This document shows positions 46,399 through 46,926 of a DNA stretch of 46,926 nucleotides, piece by piece. Position 1 is the stretch's first letter. Each line of letters starts with the position of its first letter. The DNA comes from Spirogloea muscicola (Eukaryota): NCBI GenBank assembly GCA_009602725.1, contig WELB01000018.1, positions 301,802-348,727 of the forward strand, in the 5' to 3' direction. Position numbers and translations under genes: made by a program. Below the pieces are notes generated by a model. It had not been told where the DNA came from. It saw only the letters and a list, made by a program, of their open reading frames with translations, and searched no databases.

Positions 46399-46423
46399 CC
46401 CATTGGAAGTGCCACTTCTTCTT
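46399..46423 (+). mobile_element. 25-bp retroelement 3'-tip with a 13-bp TSD
   Basis: CTAAGCAGCCGCA at 46386-46398 and 46424-46436 flanks cccattggaagtgccacttcttctt, the same tip as 22926-22948. Confidence 0.8.
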
Positions 46424-46683
46424 CTAAGCAGCCGCAAAAGGCCAGCCCGGAGAGGAGGGACAAGGTCCGAAGGGGCCTGAGGGCCGGGTTACACCGGGGC
46501 GGTCGGCCACACACGTTTTGACCGCCGGGTCAAGGGGGTGGCCGCTGCCACGGAGGCCGAGGCCGCCTGAACGTGCGGAATCGCCCCCCAAGCCCCGCCA
46601 GGTCGGACTGGCTGCCCGGCGCGCTAGGGCAGCAGCTCCAAATTTCAGCTGGCCTCTCCCAGCCGCCGCCCTCTCTGGTGCGG

Positions 46684-46926
46684 GCTTGATGCGCGACGCC
46701 GGCTACCGCGCCATCGTTGAAGTGAGCAATGTAATGCCCATCACCACGGATTCCCAGGGAGGCCATCACCGTCGCACCCTGGACATTGTGGGTGTACAAC
46801 CTGGCGGAGGCCCACGAGCTTTGGTTGATGTGGTGGTGACTGAGGCATACAAGAGTTCCGCTTCCACACACATTGCTGGCCACGCAGTGGGAGGTGCTGA
46901 GCAGAAAAAGCTCCGACACTACTCAG
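46684..46926 (+). mobile_element. 5'-truncated CRE-like copy, endonuclease domain, running off the window
   Basis: The frame from 46689 reads MRDAGYRAIVEVSNVMPITTDSQGGHHRRTLDIVGVQPGGGPRALVDVVVTEAY...AGHAVGGAEQKKLRHY. It aligns with EAGFAVAAEHSGVMP...RRVDLV...GGPRLLLDVVTTDA...AGYAVACAARAKEIKY. It is not in the ORF track because it has no stop in the window. Confidence 0.88.

Noticed and set aside
1..46926. tRNA, rRNA, snRNA, spliced-leader or telomeric-repeat targets for the CRE-like elements
   Set aside because: None was recognisable by eye at the insertion sites or elsewhere. An Infernal/tRNAscan search would be needed to exclude them formally.

Overview
Gene-dense, GC-rich eukaryotic DNA with many short spliceosomal introns and land-plant-like genes. 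It is most consistent with a streptophyte green alga (inference). The window has two identical 852-N scaffold gaps and two single-N joins (19789, 26397). I reconstructed 10 host genes from spliced exons: PRL1, a conserved plant protein of unknown function, an RNF25-like RWD-RING E3 ligase, an FBL15/SLOMO-like F-box/LRR protein, an FHA2-like protein, a secreted L-ascorbate-oxidase-like multicopper oxidase, a 5'-incomplete ASC-1/TRIP4-like zinc-finger gene, SURF1, U11/U12-65K (RNPC3) and an EF-hand/TPR/ZZ protein (At1g05150-like). The most striking content is a family of CRE-clade-like non-LTR retrotransposons (RT, CCHC knuckle, restriction-like endonuclease). At least 10 copies share the C-terminus R(G/N)Y-stop, and they form nested piles in five intergenic spaces. 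Most copies end in a conserved GGGCTGG-loop-CCAGCCC hairpin, and the tails are C/T-rich rather than poly(A). Several copies have inserted into older copies with readable 8-18 bp target-site duplications. Some insertions are only 25-64 bp long, and one copy carries an inversion bounded by 5-bp microhomology. GC-AG introns also look unusually frequent. All family assignments come from motif recognition by eye; no database search was run.
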